The notes: generated by a model not told the origin, from the sequence alone. Shown: positions 12,702 to 24,479, counted from the first letter of the stretch. The stretch: DNA of 64,000 nt from Lepidodermella squamata (GCA_047495785.1 JBLDXI010000014.1:124001-188000), one strand, 5' to 3'. Made by a program: numbers and translations.

Positions 12702-15266
12702 TCAAGAAACAGATGAAGTGACAATCTTTTCGGAATCAGCCGCAGAAATAGCACTTCGTAGCCGGACAGTGCGACGAGGCCTGCGCTTGCGAGGTTTGCT
12801 TTGACGAGCAGCCATCTCCTGTAGGCCTAATATCGCGGCTGAAGTCTCCACTGCGTCTTCCCTCATGCTTTTGCGGCGAAGCATCGCCTCGCTAACTCTG
12901 GTTTCGAGCTCCTTTCTACTTAGCGGCTTACTCTCCGCTAAATCGAGGATTCCGAGATCGTCTCTGAATTACACGGTAGGAAATTAGAAATAATAAAATA
13001 AATATTCAACAGCAGTCAGTTCCAGTGGAAATACCCGATATCTGGTGCACGTACACCGCCTGGTTGCTGAGGTTCAATATCGGCCTTTTCTCCGAGCCAA
13101 TTGGCGAGTGATCGTCTGATCATAGTGCTTCGCCGAAAAGCTAACGCCTGCATCGGGAGATGGAATGCTCTGACCGGCCGCTTCTGCATCGCATCATCCT
13201 CTTTCTGTAATCGAAAATTTAGGTAATTAATCAATCAAGCTGATCGATTTTTAGCCTCACCCGGCCATCAACTATCGACTTCATCAAAATCATCTCGTGA
13301 ACTCGTTCCTCCATTACGCCCATGTATATTCCAACATTGTGAACTCGCACATCGTCGGATGAATTAAGAAGAGAATCGATAGCACTTCGATCACATCCGA
13401 TTAAACGGAACAGTTTGTTAACGCCTGGGTTGAATTCATCATCTTCTACAATACTTTCTTTCAGCGAGCCTAAATCATACCTGCGCATAGCTGATCCAGA
13501 ACTTTCGCGGTCCTCTTTTCCTTTTCCTTCACGAATTCCATGTCTTTTACGATTACTTTGAGCTTCGATTCTAGTTCGCCCATGATCGTGTGCCGCTCTT
13601 CTTCACGACGTCCGGAATCTTTTTCGAATGATATAATTTTCAGGCGAATCACGTTGCAATCTTCTCGCAGGTGCTCCTGTCTCAATGAAAATACACGATT
13701 TTTGTTGCAACGATTAAAACTACACAGGATGACTGACCTCTTGGTTATTCAATTCGTTCACGAGCTGGAACAAGGCGAAATTTTGGTCTTCTCCCTCCAC
13801 GAACCTATGACCAATTAATACAGTCAAGAAAAAACCTTGAAAATTTAAATTGAAACCTTGTAACTACGTTGTCAACATTGGTTTCTTCCATAATTTGCTT
13901 CATGTGCTCGAACGCCTCGTCCATTTCCAATTTTCGTTCTTTCGCTGGGTCGCCATGTTTGGCCAGCTTGAACTTGGCTACAAGCATATTACTGGCCTAT
14001 GAAAATTAATTCAACTCCAAAACATACCACTCTTCTTCTTCCACAATATCTGCTGCTCTTCAGGCTGCCTTTCCTTCTCCTTAATTCCCATGAAGGTCTG
14101 AAACGCGCCAACTTTTTAGCTTTTGGATAATATTGATATAAATAATGATGCTCACCCGAACTTTTTTGTCGTGATCGAGAATTCGCCTAATAAACATTGG
14201 AAAATTGAATGGTATTTACAATTGGCGAACCGAAGGTAACCTTAGTTCCTTTCGCTCCGAATCTACCGCCTTCGATTCTTTCTGGTCCTTATCTCGCAAA
14301 AATACCATCTTTTGCTGATATTCCTCCCTTTACAGTGAGCAGAAAATAGATAGGTATGACAAAAATTAGAGAATTGCAAAACGTTTTTACCTGGCTTGAA
14401 TAGCTTGCGTTGCCCCATCCATGAGATGCTTCTGCTCCTTTTTCAATCGCTCCAATTTACGGTCCAAACGTGAGTAAATGTCATCATTCCTGTAACATTG
14501 CGAAAGCAAAGAAATAAACTTTAATTGAGAACGAAATAATACTCACAGCCGTCTATCGGTGCGTAAAACGTCGAGAGTATGTCGAAGGCGACGATTCTCT
14601 GTTAGCTGAGTATTCAGCTTTTTTGTGGCTTGGTCGAGCTTGTTTTCCAAAACCTTGCCGCGATGCGTAGTTTTTCTACTGTGCTGTCTAGAATTAGAAT
14701 AAAAACCTAATATATTACCTTGGAAATGTGAGCAGCATTTTACTTGAGCGCCAGTTCTCCGCCCATTTCCTTATTCTTGTCCGCAATTGTTTTTTCCCAT
14801 CTTCTGATTTCGTCGTCGAGATCATTTATCAGTTGTAGCTCCTCCTCAATTTGTGCTTGCTTCTCGTCTGATTTGCAAAGTAAAAATCATTCGAAACCAT
14901 TTATGTAATAATCACCTTGAACTTCTAGAAGAACTTCCAATGACTCCGTTGCTTTTTCTTGCCGTCGGTGGTTGGCGTCAGATTCAGCGTTCCGTAAATT
15001 GTTCATTATCTCCTCGCGTTCTCTTTGCAGGAGGTCCAGCTCGTACCTTGAAAGTTAGAAGTATAACACGTATAATGCAATAACACGGTAGATTACTCCT
15101 GCTTTCGAAGTTTTTCCTGCGCCTCCATCGTGTAAGCATGGTGATCCTTTTGGCCCTTTAAGAGTAGAATTTGAAGGTTTCGATAATCTTCAGCTTGCTG
15201 CGCGTGTTCCTGCTCTTCCTTCGACATGAAATCTTCATCATCAGGCGCCTTCAAAGCTGATCTCAT
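12702..15266 (-). CDS. CCDC114: Outer dynein arm docking complex subunit (ODAD1/CCDC114-CCDC63 family), paralogue B, 14 exons
   Basis: Spliced product MRSALKAPDDEDF...KVLENKLDQATKKLNTQL...ILDHDKKVRTFMGIK...EDQNFALFQLVNELN...NVGIYMGVMEERVHEM. It is collinear with the neighbouring paralogue and carries DC2-family motifs. Confidence 0.8.
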
Positions 15267-15360
15267 GATTGTTGTATTGGTGAGAAAGTTGGCAAGTAAG
15301 AGATATGTCTTCAGCTGGCTACTGCTCCTCCTAATTTCATTCTGAATAGCTATTCTTGAC

Positions 15361-15389
15361 GTTGCTCTTCACGGTAAACAAGTGGCAAC
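15361..15389. promoter_or_regulatory. Candidate RFX half-sites and Forkhead (FoxJ1-type) site upstream of ciliary gene B
   Basis: GTTGCT...GTAAACA.GTGGCAAC about 100 bp upstream of the ATG at 15266. Confidence 0.4.
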
Positions 15390-15965
15390 AACAAAAATAT
15401 TTATGCCGTTTTTTAATGAAGTGTCCAGCTTTTAATCTTTTCACATTTTCAGCTACTTCACTTTGAAAATTTCCAAACGGGCGCGTCTATTGATGACCTC
15501 GGTTTTCAGCATACATTCACCTGTAATTACATTCTACATGAAGACCGGCGCGGTTTAAGAATCCCAGGTCAATTGCAGCCCTGCCCCCGTGATCCCTTGA
15601 TAATTAGCGCAACTAATGAGTATTATTTGACTTCTCACCATTTATTTCCAAAACAAAAATAAAAATTAATATGACAAAGCAATTAGTAGCTCTCTAGCCA
15701 GAGAAGTTTCACCAGATCGAGCATGATGATACTTCCGCATAATTGTTAGAGACGTTTCTTGAATCTACTTTGTAAGAGACTATTTGTTGACCAAGCGGTG
15801 TTTTCGTGATGAAATCAGGATGAAATGGAGAGATCGACAGCCGAATTCAAAATCCGAATATTAGCATCATTCAGCGAAGTTTAAACAGAAATAAAAACGC
15901 CACATTGGTTTCATTCGAACACTGAGACTTGACAAACTAGCAACACGATAAATGATGAGTTTCAT

Positions 15966-18413
15966 TTATTTTCTCTTCGGTTTTCCGCCGGCGAGAAGTG
16001 CGGGTTCAGCGGTCGTCTTTTGAGCAGCATCACGGCGCACTTGGTCGCGCTTTTGAAGAGCTTTCGCCACCTTCATCTCGAGTTCATTTCGCGTAAAAGG
16101 TCTCGATTCATCATCTTCTCCTACACCGAGTAACACATCGTCCCTAAAATCAAACGAATTTGAACAAACGATTGCTTTGTTAAAATCGTTGCTTACCCGA
16201 TGTTTGGAGGAGTAATGGCACCGCTGCCAGTGAATTCACTGCGCAGTCCTGTAGGTTTTTGTTCAAGACCAGCTACTACGGCCAAAGGACGAGGTTTTTC
16301 GGTGAATTCACTGTCACGATAGCCAACATAGGCTTGCATTGCAAGTAGTTCGTTCGTGCGCTGTTCGACCACGCCCAGATATAAAATTAGATTATGCAAG
16401 GTAACGCCATCAGCGCTATCGAGTAGTTCGTCGATGGAAGATCGATCGCAATTGATTTTTTGAAAAACAGACTGGATGCCTGAGATAAATGACATCGATG
16501 AAAACAAGCTTGAATAATAGCTTGCAACAATTACCAGCTCTGAGCTGATCCAGAATTTTCTCAACGAGTTTATTTTTCTCGGCAACGTATTCTGACTCCT
16601 TTTTGATGCCTTGGAGCTTGGTTTCGAGCTCTCGCATGATGGCATGCCGTTCCTCCTCACGACGGATGCCCTCGGCCTCAAAGCCTTCAATTTTGTGGCG
16701 GATTTCTTGGATTTGCTCGTGAAGAATTTCCTGCAGATAATTCAACAAAAATTATGGTTCAGTAAAATACAACGCTGCTGGATTCACTTACAGTTTGATT
16801 GTTTTGGTCATTCACGAAATTGAACAGAGCAAAGTTGGTGTCCTCATTTTCGATGAACTTCTTCACGACGATGTCCAGATCCTCTTCTTGCATAATGTTT
16901 TTAATCTTGGTGAAAGCATCGTCGTATGCCATAATCCTCTCAGATTGTACATCACCCTTGCGTTCGATTTCAGTTCGCTCTGCAAATAAAGATCGTAAGG
17001 TAATTCAAAAGGTGTGCGAGTTTTAGTTTTGAAATTCTAATTAGCAGTGACCGCATTCTGCCTCGATCTTTCGGCAATTGAAACCGCAGAAAAATACTTC
17101 ACTATCGAAGCAAATAAAAAATTGGCAAACGATTGAACAAAACGGGGCAACAGCAGATATAAAGCGATTCCTTAGGTATAGCATAAATGCAGGCGCCAGA
17201 AACATAATAGCCCCCTCGACACGAAGTTAACTTTTAGCACACTGCTTACCAGAATCTTGAGCTCCTTGTTTTTCTGTTCAGATTTAGCACACAATGCAAT
17301 TGTTAGAATAATAACTTTTCGATTACACTGAGACGTGAGAGGATTTTGAAGACAAATTTCAAATTCATGCGTTTAAACTTCAAACATTTGTAACGTTTTT
17401 GCAGCATTACCTTTCTTCTGTTTCCACCACAGCTGCTGTGAGTCTTCTTTGCGCTCCTGAGTCTTTATGCCCATGAACTCCTTAAGCTTGCGGTCATGAT
17501 CCAGAACTCGCTGCAGTTCTTTGATTTCAGCTTCATACTGCTGGCGATCCTTCTCAGCCTTCTCGCGCAGCACAACCATCTTTTGCTGAGCTTCATCGCG
17601 AGCTTCGTAAGCTTGAGTTGAGCCTTCAATAATGTTTTGCTTTTCTCGCTTCAAATCTTCCAAAGCTTTTTCCAAGCGTTCACACAGAGCGTCGTAGCTG
17701 TTAATTAAACGCGAAAAATGCAATACCAGCAGGATTAACTTCAATTTACCGAGTACGCTCAACACGATGCGAATCGATTATCTCTCGTAATGCTTTATTT
17801 CGCACAAGTTGGGTATTGAATTTCTTCAGCGCCTGGTCGAGTCGATTCTCCAGGATGCGGTTTTGATGCTGCGCTTTTTTGACATGCTGTCGTGACATTA
17901 AAGCGCCGCCCATTTCTTTGTTCTTATCTTTGCATAAGCGCTCCCATTCTTGAAGTTTGACATCGAGCTCCTCGATCATACGCTTCTCCTCATCTATCTC
18001 GGCTTGCTTCTCGTCTACCAACAAAACAAGATAAAGTATGCCAAAAATTAATTCATGCGTCTAACCGTTAGAACTAGCAAGCTCTTGGAGCTTTTGACAT
18101 CTCATTTTGTCGCGGTTTTCATTAGTTTTGCTTTCGACGAGCCGCAGGTTCTTAAAAAGTTCCTCCCTTTCCCGCTCCAATTGGCCGATTTCATTACTGA
18201 TGCGAAAAACATTAAAACATAAAGAATAAGGGCATTAAAGATAACGCACCTTTGCCGCCTGATGACATCTTGAGATTCAAGAAAATAAGATTGTCGTTCT
18301 TTCTCGGCTTTACGATACTCGATTTGCAAACGGCGAAGCTCTGCCTCTTGCATTGAGGCTTCAAGCTCAGCATCCTCTTCAGCCCCCCTGTCATCGGCAA
18401 ATTGGCGAGGCAT
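15966..18413 (-). CDS. CCDC114: Outer dynein arm docking complex subunit (ODAD1/CCDC114-CCDC63 family), paralogue A
   Basis: RILENRLDQALKKFNTQLVRNKALRE, LDHDRKLKEFMGIK, FIENEDTNFALFNFVNDQN and YLGVVEQRTNELL are DC2/ODA1-family motifs. GT-AG introns; stop TAA at 15966-15968. Confidence 0.88.
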
Positions 18414-18485
18414 CTCAAACTTGCTCTTGATTAATGATGAAATCGAAATACAAGCTAACCCAACTTGTGTTACAGCTAACTCTGC

Positions 18486-18532
18486 GTTGTGGTTAGCAAC
18501 AGATTTCGCACATACACGTTACTATGGCTAAC
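18486..18532. promoter_or_regulatory. Candidate RFX X-boxes upstream of ciliary gene A
   Basis: GTTGTGGTTAGCAAC (18486-18500) and GTTACTATGGCTAAC (18518-18532), both near the GTNRCC-AT-RGYAAC consensus, 70-120 bp upstream of the ATG. Confidence 0.5.
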
Positions 18533-18665
18533 AGAAACAACAAAATAAAAAATTTTGTTATGAATACTTGCAATATTAATTATTAATGAGGCTATTGATT
18601 TATCCGTGAAAAAGTTGCGCTATTTAATTCAAAGGACACGGCGCGCTCGTTTTGCGCCGCTTCCT

Positions 18666-20802
18666 CCCCAAAATCAACCGCAGATGCACGAATGGGTCGA
18701 ATTTTTCGGGGAGCTCTACCGAAATCGGAATGTTGTCTCACCCCCACTCGAACTCACAACATCAGACCCAATACTGGATGCTCCTTTGACTATTGACGAA
18801 GTCAAAATGGCTATAGAACTTCAAAAAGCAGGTAAGGCGCCCGGCCCGGATGGTATTACAGCTGAATTCATGCAACACAGTGACCTGAATGTTTCTTTTT
18901 TCAGCAAGACGCTCTTTAAAATTTTTGAACCGTGTTTCCTTAGCTACACCCTGCCATCGGGACTAAATTTGTCTCTGTTTTGCACCTTGTTCAAAAAAGG
19001 TGACTCCTCTAAGCCGGACAACTACCGGCCATTATCTCTTTTATCCGTAATATACAAAACTTATTCTACTATACTGAAATTGAGACTGGAAAAGTGGTGT
19101 AGAATTCACTCGATCATACCTGAAGAGCAGTTTGGTTTCGAAAAAGGATTATCGCGCTTACACGCGGCTTTCGTCCTTCAGTCGTTGGCGACGTACCAAA
19201 TCCACGTTCGCGTTAGAATGCTCTTTATATGTTTAATCGACTTTACTAAAGCTTTCGACTGCGTTCCTCACAACCGTCTTATATGGAAATGCCAGCGATT
19301 AGGTATCTCATCTTCCTTTGCCAAGAGATTGAACTCTCTCTATTCCGACGCTAAAGCCAAAGTGCGAGTTGGCAGCAAACTGTCTATTGCAGACATCGCC
19401 ATTGAACGCGGTGTTAGACAGGGTGACGTCTTAGGTCCCCTAATGTACAATCTGTATACCGCCGATTTGCCTCTTCATCTGGCTGAGAATGCCAAAAATC
19501 TATCAGACATTCCTAAGTTACTTTCTACCAAGGTACTTTGCGTATTATATGCGGACGACTCCACACCCACTGCAACTAACGCGGTGGATTTGCAAATACA
19601 GATTGATGCTATGTCGACGTATTCTACTAGAGAAGGGCTCAGCCCTAACCCCGGTAAAACGAAAGTTATCATTTTTTCCCAAGCTCCTGTTTCACCTGAC
19701 CGTTACTCCTTTAATATGAACGGCGTACCTCTCAAAGTTGTAAAATCTGATTTCTACCTAGGCGTACCGATATCCAGCGACTTGAGCTGGTTTGAAGCTA
19801 TTGAAAATGCGCTTACACGTGGCAATAGCTGTTACAACGCTCTTTCCTCTCATAGGATCAAATTGAGTATGATAGAACGCAATAACTTGGATACACTATT
19901 TTGTAGCAAAATTGAAGCGGCGATGCTTGCAGGCTCCGAACTCTGGGGCCTCTTCGCCCCTAGCCGTGTTGCTAAATTGGACAGCGTCTGTTATAAGTAT
20001 TATAAAAGAGCGCGCGACATTCCGTACAATGCGTCTAGTTTATCAACTGGTTTTGTTATGGGACTTATTCCCCCTAGCCTAAAGGCGAAACTCAATGCAG
20101 TCAAGTTTACATGTGAGCTGACGAAATGTGCCAACCCCTTAGTGAATGATGCTTTTTCTTTTTACTTCCATTCTCGTCCGAAGATGGGTGTCTTAAATCC
20201 CATCCACGCAACTCGTAAATTTCTATTATCCTACAATCTGCCTCCCGACTTCTGGTTTATGCGTGACCCGGCAGTCATGGAGCAATTTTTCAACCTAGTC
20301 AAAGACTGCTATGTTTCTGAACTATCTGTCAAATTTCATAATAAATATAATGCCAGCTACCTATTAGCCAGGGACGGTTACTTTGGCATTAGTAAGATAT
20401 TCGAAAATTATCCACCTGACCTTAGAAGTACTGCTCTGCGAGTCGTCACGAACACCGTCTTTCGCCGTATCGAACATTTTATTTTCAGAATTGATGATGT
20501 TACATGTATGTTCTGTGGTAACGTTACTCCTCTGAGCCAGTTAGCCTACCATATTTCTTACGACTGTTTATCTGTTGCTGGCCACGACCCTGCAAGGCTG
20601 CTTAGTGCTGACAATAGAATTGTAAAAAATACCTTAATTTTCTTCAAACGTCTGGAGAAAATAGTTAGCACAGCCATTCAAACTACTGTCTGAGGATTGG
20701 CAAATTACCTTTGACAATAGGGCTTTCCTCTGCCCAATGATCTAATTTGCTTTCTAGGGATCCTGAGGTTCCCTAGTTATGAGGGCAGGCAGGCAGGCAG
20801 GC
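18666..20802 (+). mobile_element. 5'-truncated non-LTR retrotransposon (RTE/RTE-X-like LINE) with 14-bp TSD and (GGCA)n tail
   Basis: TTGCGCCGCTTCCT is repeated at 18652-18665 and 20803-20816. (GGCA)4GGC tail at 20784-20802. Intact RT ORF with no endonuclease domain. Confidence 0.93.
18684..20693 (+). CDS. LINE reverse transcriptase (ORF2 remnant: RT plus C-terminal CCHC-like motif)
   Basis: KAPGPDGI, NYRPLSLL, EQFGF, IDFTKAFD, GVRQGDVLGP, YADD, YLG; C-terminal CMFC...H...C. Intronless. Confidence 0.95.
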   Translation: MHEWVEFFGELYRNRNVVSPPLELTTSDPILDAPLTIDEVKMAIELQKAGKAPGPDGITAEFMQHSDLNVSFFSKTLFKIFEPCFLSYTLPSGLNLSLFCTLFKKGDSSKPDNYRPLSLLSVIYKTYSTILKLRLEKWCRIHSIIPEEQFGFEKGLSRLHAAFVLQSLATYQIHVRVRMLFICLIDFTKAFDCVPHNRLIWKCQRLGISSSFAKRLNSLYSDAKAKVRVGSKLSIADIAIERGVRQGDVLGPLMYNLYTADLPLHLAENAKNLSDIPKLLSTKVLCVLYADDSTPTATNAVDLQIQIDAMSTYSTREGLSPNPGKTKVIIFSQAPVSPDRYSFNMNGVPLKVVKSDFYLGVPISSDLSWFEAIENALTRGNSCYNALSSHRIKLSMIERNNLDTLFCSKIEAAMLAGSELWGLFAPSRVAKLDSVCYKYYKRARDIPYNASSLSTGFVMGLIPPSLKAKLNAVKFTCELTKCANPLVNDAFSFYFHSRPKMGVLNPIHATRKFLLSYNLPPDFWFMRDPAVMEQFFNLVKDCYVSELSVKFHNKYNASYLLARDGYFGISKIFENYPPDLRSTALRVVTNTVFRRIEHFIFRIDDVTCMFCGNVTPLSQLAYHISYDCLSVAGHDPARLLSADNRIVKNTLIFFKRLEKIVSTAIQTTV

Positions 20803-21227
20803 TTGCGCCGCTTCCTGCATGAACACCCGTTGAACGTGCTTCTTGGCGCCGATTGTGTGTTCGAAGTGCATGTTCCAGTTTCTAGCTATGCCGCGAGAAA
20901 GAAAACCTCTTCATGCGTTTTCTGGCTTGTAGCTAAATTTGATATTGGAAATCACGCATATAAATTCGCTACAATCGTTACAATCTTATAATCGAGACCA
21001 TCCGCAACAAAAGCTTGATTGTTGATTGTTATCCATCATTATTAACGATTGTGAATTCTAAGCAGAGAAATCTTGTCAAATAATATTGTATATTTGTATT
21101 GAATCACCCCTGAGATTTCATCAATATTCTATAATCGCACAGTGAATTCTGCTAAAGAATAAGTGGAAGAGGGTTATTAAGCCCCCTGTTTTATCGTCTC
21201 GTTGGTAGATTTTAACTTGCCTTTACC

Positions 21228-22110
21228 ATGTTCTTCGTCGGATTGGTTCGCAAGCTGTTGTATCTAGCTGTTGTTGTTGGTCTCATTCAGTATTGGCTAT
21301 CTCAGAAATCATACATCTTCGATCAAGTAAACATCGGAGCTGTCGTGAAGCGTCATTCGCTGCCACTGACGGCTGGTGGAACGGCAACAGTCAATGAAAT
21401 CCGCGACGCGTTCAAAGGAATTGTTCGAGAACTGCGTCAGTTTTACGGGCCGCTCATTCTACCTGATGCAGATTTGAAGTGGACAAAAATTACACACGGT
21501 GGCGGCGGAGTTCTAACAATTTGTCCCCTGCATTTTTCATTGACCGAGTACATTATTCTCATTGGCGCGGCCGTCCCTTCCACCGCCCATTCTGGTCGCT
21601 ATTGGGTTAACTCAACCGTTTGGCCGGTCGCTGGTAAGTTTATGTCTTTATTTCGTAATCGATGAAACGTGCGATATTGAAATTGTTTACGACTGACGTC
21701 TACAGTCTACATTATAGCAGTTTGCTAATTGCACGTTTTGTCTACTTTATCTGCTCTGCTGAGCAGAACATTTATGTGAAGTGCATTGTATTTTTTTACA
21801 TCTGAAACGTTTTTGCGTAGGATCTGTTGATGTATGGGCCGATCGATATTCAGCAACCAAGTACACTCCGGGTCAGATGATCACTCTTTCAGCTGGAGAA
21901 GCATCTGTATCGCACTATCACGCTGGTTTCTGGGCATTCGAGTACGGTCGCGGTTTCGTACCGACGATGATGCCGCACATGATAGCTGGTGTTTTGTTCC
22001 AGAACCAAGACCCATACATCCTCTACTATCTGTTCGATGCGTTTTTCAAATCCTCTATTCAACAATTCGAATTCGCGATTGCTAACTGGCGCAGTGTTCT
22101 CAAAATATAA
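21228..22110 (+). CDS. SIGMAR1: Sigma-1 receptor / ERG2 family protein, 2 exons (21228-21633, 21821-22110)
   Basis: N-terminal TM. LHFSLTEYIILIG...HSGRYW and WAFEYGRGFVPT match human LHASLSEYVLLFG...HSGRYW and WMVEYGRGVIPS. Confidence 0.92.
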
Positions 22111-22338
22111 CTCTTGATAGTGACTTGATTATATTATGACAAACTCTATTCTTCCACGCCTGGTGATTAGTACGAAAAATCAACGAGAAAATTTGAATCG
22201 ATTTCAGAAGTTCTAACCTTGCAATAATACTTCTTTTTATGAAAATTAAACTGCGATTTTGACTCGAAAGTTATATCAGCCTCAATTTGCAATGATTCTG
22301 TATAGGTTGAACTTGCTTTATTCATATTATTTTCAAAC

Positions 22339-23504
22339 ATGGGGAATGCGCTGCAGAAGGCGTCACCTATCGCGAGCAACAAGCACACTGTGCTGAACAA
22401 CTCGCAGACGAGCGAGGCGACGGCTGGAGAGCGTTCGCTGCTCAACACAACGGACGACAACGGCGGAACGACGATGCTGATCAACGACCCTCGTTCGCCC
22501 ACCGACGGCATCAACCGCACGCCGATACAGATCTCGCGCACCAAGTCGCTGTTCCGTGGCATGTTCTCCGGCCGCAAGCCGTCTCAGCCCGAACTAGCCG
22601 AGTACGCCGCATCGGTCAACAGCGGTGCAACACCCACCGCCGATGAACAGCAGCCAGCTAAGGCTTCGGCGGAAAACGATTCTGCCGTCTCGGTCACGTC
22701 GAATGACCAATCGAAGCAACCGGTTGCTAGCACTCCCCTCAGCGAAGCGAGCGTTCCGAAGCCGGAGGAGAAGAGCAAAGACAGCGACGCGTTGTTGATC
22801 GATGCCGACATTCCAGTCACAGCTGAGCCGCCGAAGCCGGTAGTGGCTGAGGAGCCGAAAATCGCCGTTGAATCGGAATCTGAAAACGAGCACGACGTGA
22901 CGACGGAGAATGACGAGGCGTTCATTGTTGTCGACAACAAGAAAAAGCAGAAGAAGCATGCCAAGCAAGCGAAGGCGAAGGCGGCCGAAGCCGAGCGACG
23001 GGTTTCGGAGGCTGGCGAAGAAGAAGGTGACGAAAATGACAACCACCTCGACACTGCCAAGCTGGAGAAGAAGCCATCTCTCAGCAAGGTCCATTCAGGT
23101 AAATGCAATGTGTTTCGAGTCTTCGGCAGCTCAGAAATTAGACTCATCGTGATCTCATTTTTTAAATTAAACAATTTTCGTTTGCCTTAGATTCGAATTT
23201 GAATGCCGACAAGCAGCAGCAAAAGACTGATGGCGATTCGAAGCAGCGCCAGGCTGGCAACAACGAGAACGAGGCGCCATCGTCGCTGCGTGTCAAGGTC
23301 GAAAAGGCGGCGCGAAGCCTGACGAACCTGTCGTCCAAGTCGCTGAAGACCATGGGCGTGGTCAACGGCGGTGGTGATGCGACGGCTACCGGCTCCTCGG
23401 CACCCACCTCGCCCAGCTCACCCCTGGCGGACATCTGCGCCGAGAACGTGACTGAAAATGGCAATGCCAACGGCAAATACACCATGCTCGTCAACGACGA
23501 GTGA
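22339..23504 (+). CDS. Predicted N-myristoylated, acidic low-complexity protein with a basic cluster, 2 exons (22339-23098, 23191-23504)
   Basis: Starts MGNALQKAS; E/A/S/K-rich; NKKKQKKHAKQAKAKAA; phase-1 GT-AG intron; ends KYTMLVNDE*. Confidence 0.75.
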
Positions 23505-23914
23505 AACCGATGAACTGACAGACTGACGGAGGGTGGACATCTCAGACATGTTGCAATCATTGCATGCCAAATTTGGAAAGATTATACACTTGATGCTTAT
23601 TTGAATGCAAATTTTTTAAATGCTGTGTTTATTGCGACGTGCTTCCGGTGTTGAACGACTGCAGCTGCTCAATCTATAATAATAACGACGAGTTCTTTCT
23701 TCAAGTTTTCTTTATTTGAGTCTCTTAGCTTTGGGTGAAAAAATAAAAGCGAGGTAGCATTCCTGTCTTTTCAACTATTTCGGAAGATGGCGTATCTTAC
23801 TTCTTGAGAAAAGTGGAATTATCCAAGAAATAATGGATTCTCATATTTTTGTATAAAATGAAGGAAATTGTTTATATTTTTCACCTGTGACCTGAGCTCC
23901 TAACAAGCTCAAAG

Positions 23915-24303
23915 CCGTGAACTGGAGTGCGCAGTGCGGTCACTTAGACATACCAAAATGCGACTACTTCAGCATATCGAAAATCGAAAATCGAAAATGT
24001 TATGGTAAAGACCCCATGAACAGGGTACCGTTGGATAGCTTGTTTAAATAAGGGCAATCATTTTGAGTAGGCGGCTTTGTTTAAGCCGGCCCGAAATTTT
24101 AATGAAAATAAAAAAATTCAAAATGTTCCCATAATGTTAGCTGTTATTTTATGTCCCGAAATAGGTTGTATTGATGTGCTATGTACAGGCCTTTACCCCA
24201 TCCATGGGGTCTTCACCATACCATTTTCGACTTATGTTATGTAACAGTCCCTATTTTGGCATATCAAAGTGACTTCACTACGCAAAGTCACCCCAGTTGA
24301 CGG
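23915..24303. mobile_element. Non-autonomous DNA transposon (MITE, Tc1/mariner-pogo-like) with ~110-bp imperfect TIRs
   Basis: Left end CCGTGAACTGGAGTG...TCGAAAATGTTATGGTAAAGACCCCATG is the reverse complement of right end CATGGGGTCTTCACCATACCATTTTCGA...CACCCCAGTTGACGG|TA. TA is present only on the right flank. Confidence 0.7.
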
Positions 24304-24479
24304 TAGCTCTGACGATAATTTCATGTTTCTGCTGAGTACTAAAACGGTAGTAGCCTTATAACCGAAACCCGCCAAATCTTACGCGAGCCTTACAGATTGC
24401 GCGATTGGCAATTGGCGGCGATGAGCTCTGATGTCGGAAGTCATTTGCGAGATGAGTTTGCGAGTGTCTGAGTACATAT

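Noticed and set aside
18606-18665. N-terminal extension of the RT ORF (MKKLRYL...)
   Set aside because: GTG start lying in host flank and TSD outside the element; fortuitously open.
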